From assembly GCA_043798995.1 (NCBI GenBank), contig JAZDOD010000009.1:14015-78014 (forward strand): a DNA stretch of 64,000 nt. Direction: 5' to 3'. Under the pieces are notes generated by a model, which was not told the DNA's origin, made no database searches, and saw only the letters and a program-made list of their open reading frames with translations. This DNA is from a bacterium. Lineage in GTDB: Bacteria; Patescibacteriota; Patescibacteriia; JAACEG01; JAGUWE01. Position numbers and translations under genes: made by a program. Shown piece after piece: positions 63,584 to 64,000 of this stretch; the stretch's first letter is position 1, and every line of letters begins with the position of its first letter.

Positions 63584-64000
63584 ATGTCCCCAGAAAAATT
63601 TAATTTTGAAACGCCTCAAATTCCTGCTGAGAACAAGCAAGACGAGGTTACAAAACGCTATTTGGAAAAAAGAAAAAAAGTGAGGGAAATTTATGATTTT
63701 ACCACCAAAGAAAAACTTTTATTAGCCGATACATACCAGTTAGTTGAGCATTTAAGGAAAAAGGAGTCGCGTTATGCCCATTTAACTACGGTCCAACAGT
63801 CAGAAGATGGCTCCTTTCAAGAAAGAAAATTCTTTAAACTTTTAACATCCCAAGGAGAAAGAAGAGAAAGAGACGAAGAGGCCTTTTTGCGAGAGATTTT
63901 GGTAACAGATTTTTTAGCCAGAAAAACAGATCTCCCTGCTCGCAAAGTTGATTCTTATTACGTTGACCCAAATAAAAAAGATTTTTACGCCGTAATGGAA
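63584..64000 (+). CDS. hypothetical protein, 3'-partial at window end
   Basis: ATG 63584 (MSPEKFNFETPQ...) stays open to the window end. No family assignable. Confidence 0.3.
   Translation, partial: MSPEKFNFETPQIPAENKQDEVTKRYLEKRKKVREIYDFTTKEKLLLADTYQLVEHLRKKESRYAHLTTVQQSEDGSFQERKFFKLLTSQGERRERDEEAFLREILVTDFLARKTDLPARKVDSYYVDPNKKDFYAVME

Noticed and set aside
1-64000. CRISPR arrays, rRNA genes, prophage
   Set aside because: No regularly spaced direct repeats with unique spacers, no rRNA-like conserved blocks, and no integrase, terminase or capsid genes were seen.

Overview
This 64 kb window is low-GC bacterial chromosome whose gene content and style resemble small-genome CPR/Patescibacteria-like organisms. 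Most of it is housekeeping: rpoB-rpoC, recA, ftsH, ftsK, ruvA, RNase J, ileS/argS/glyQS, the rpsF-ssb-rpsR and infC-rpmI-rplT operons, rplS, efp, smpB with an adjacent tmRNA candidate, two tRNA-Leu genes, lspA, tsaE, comM and a pilB-type ATPase. Five accessory islands interrupt this backbone:
- The strongest signal is a diversity-generating retroelement (DGR) at 32.8-35.0 kb, between rpoC and ftsK. It has a compositionally atypical target gene whose 3' 113 bp (VR) is matched by a template repeat (TR) 380 bp downstream. All 22 VR/TR mismatches fall on TR adenines. An Avd-family four-helix-bundle gene lies on the opposite strand. The reverse transcriptase gene carries an internal deletion and a frameshift, so it is probably a pseudogene.
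- A cassette-like array of small, mostly membrane proteins sits at 39.1-44.2 kb. Short sequence motifs recur immediately after the stop codons of successive genes, and one gene is bracketed exactly by 20-bp perfect inverted repeats.
- A RelE/ParE toxin plus ribbon-helix-helix antitoxin pair is flanked by ~55-bp direct repeats.
- A compact island of four or five tiny ORFs with strong Shine-Dalgarno sites lies between rplS and ftsH.
- Several families of small palindromic elements are present. Two of them sit in-frame inside coding genes, one in an O-antigen-ligase-like gene and one in the ileS zinc knuckle, in the manner of Rickettsia RPEs.
Other points worth a look are tandem perfect DnaA boxes inside an 800-bp ORF-free structured region, homopolymeric G/C tracts of 8-9 nt (unusual for this genome), and a perfect 17-bp hairpin in the ileS leader. 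No CRISPR array or rRNA gene is present.
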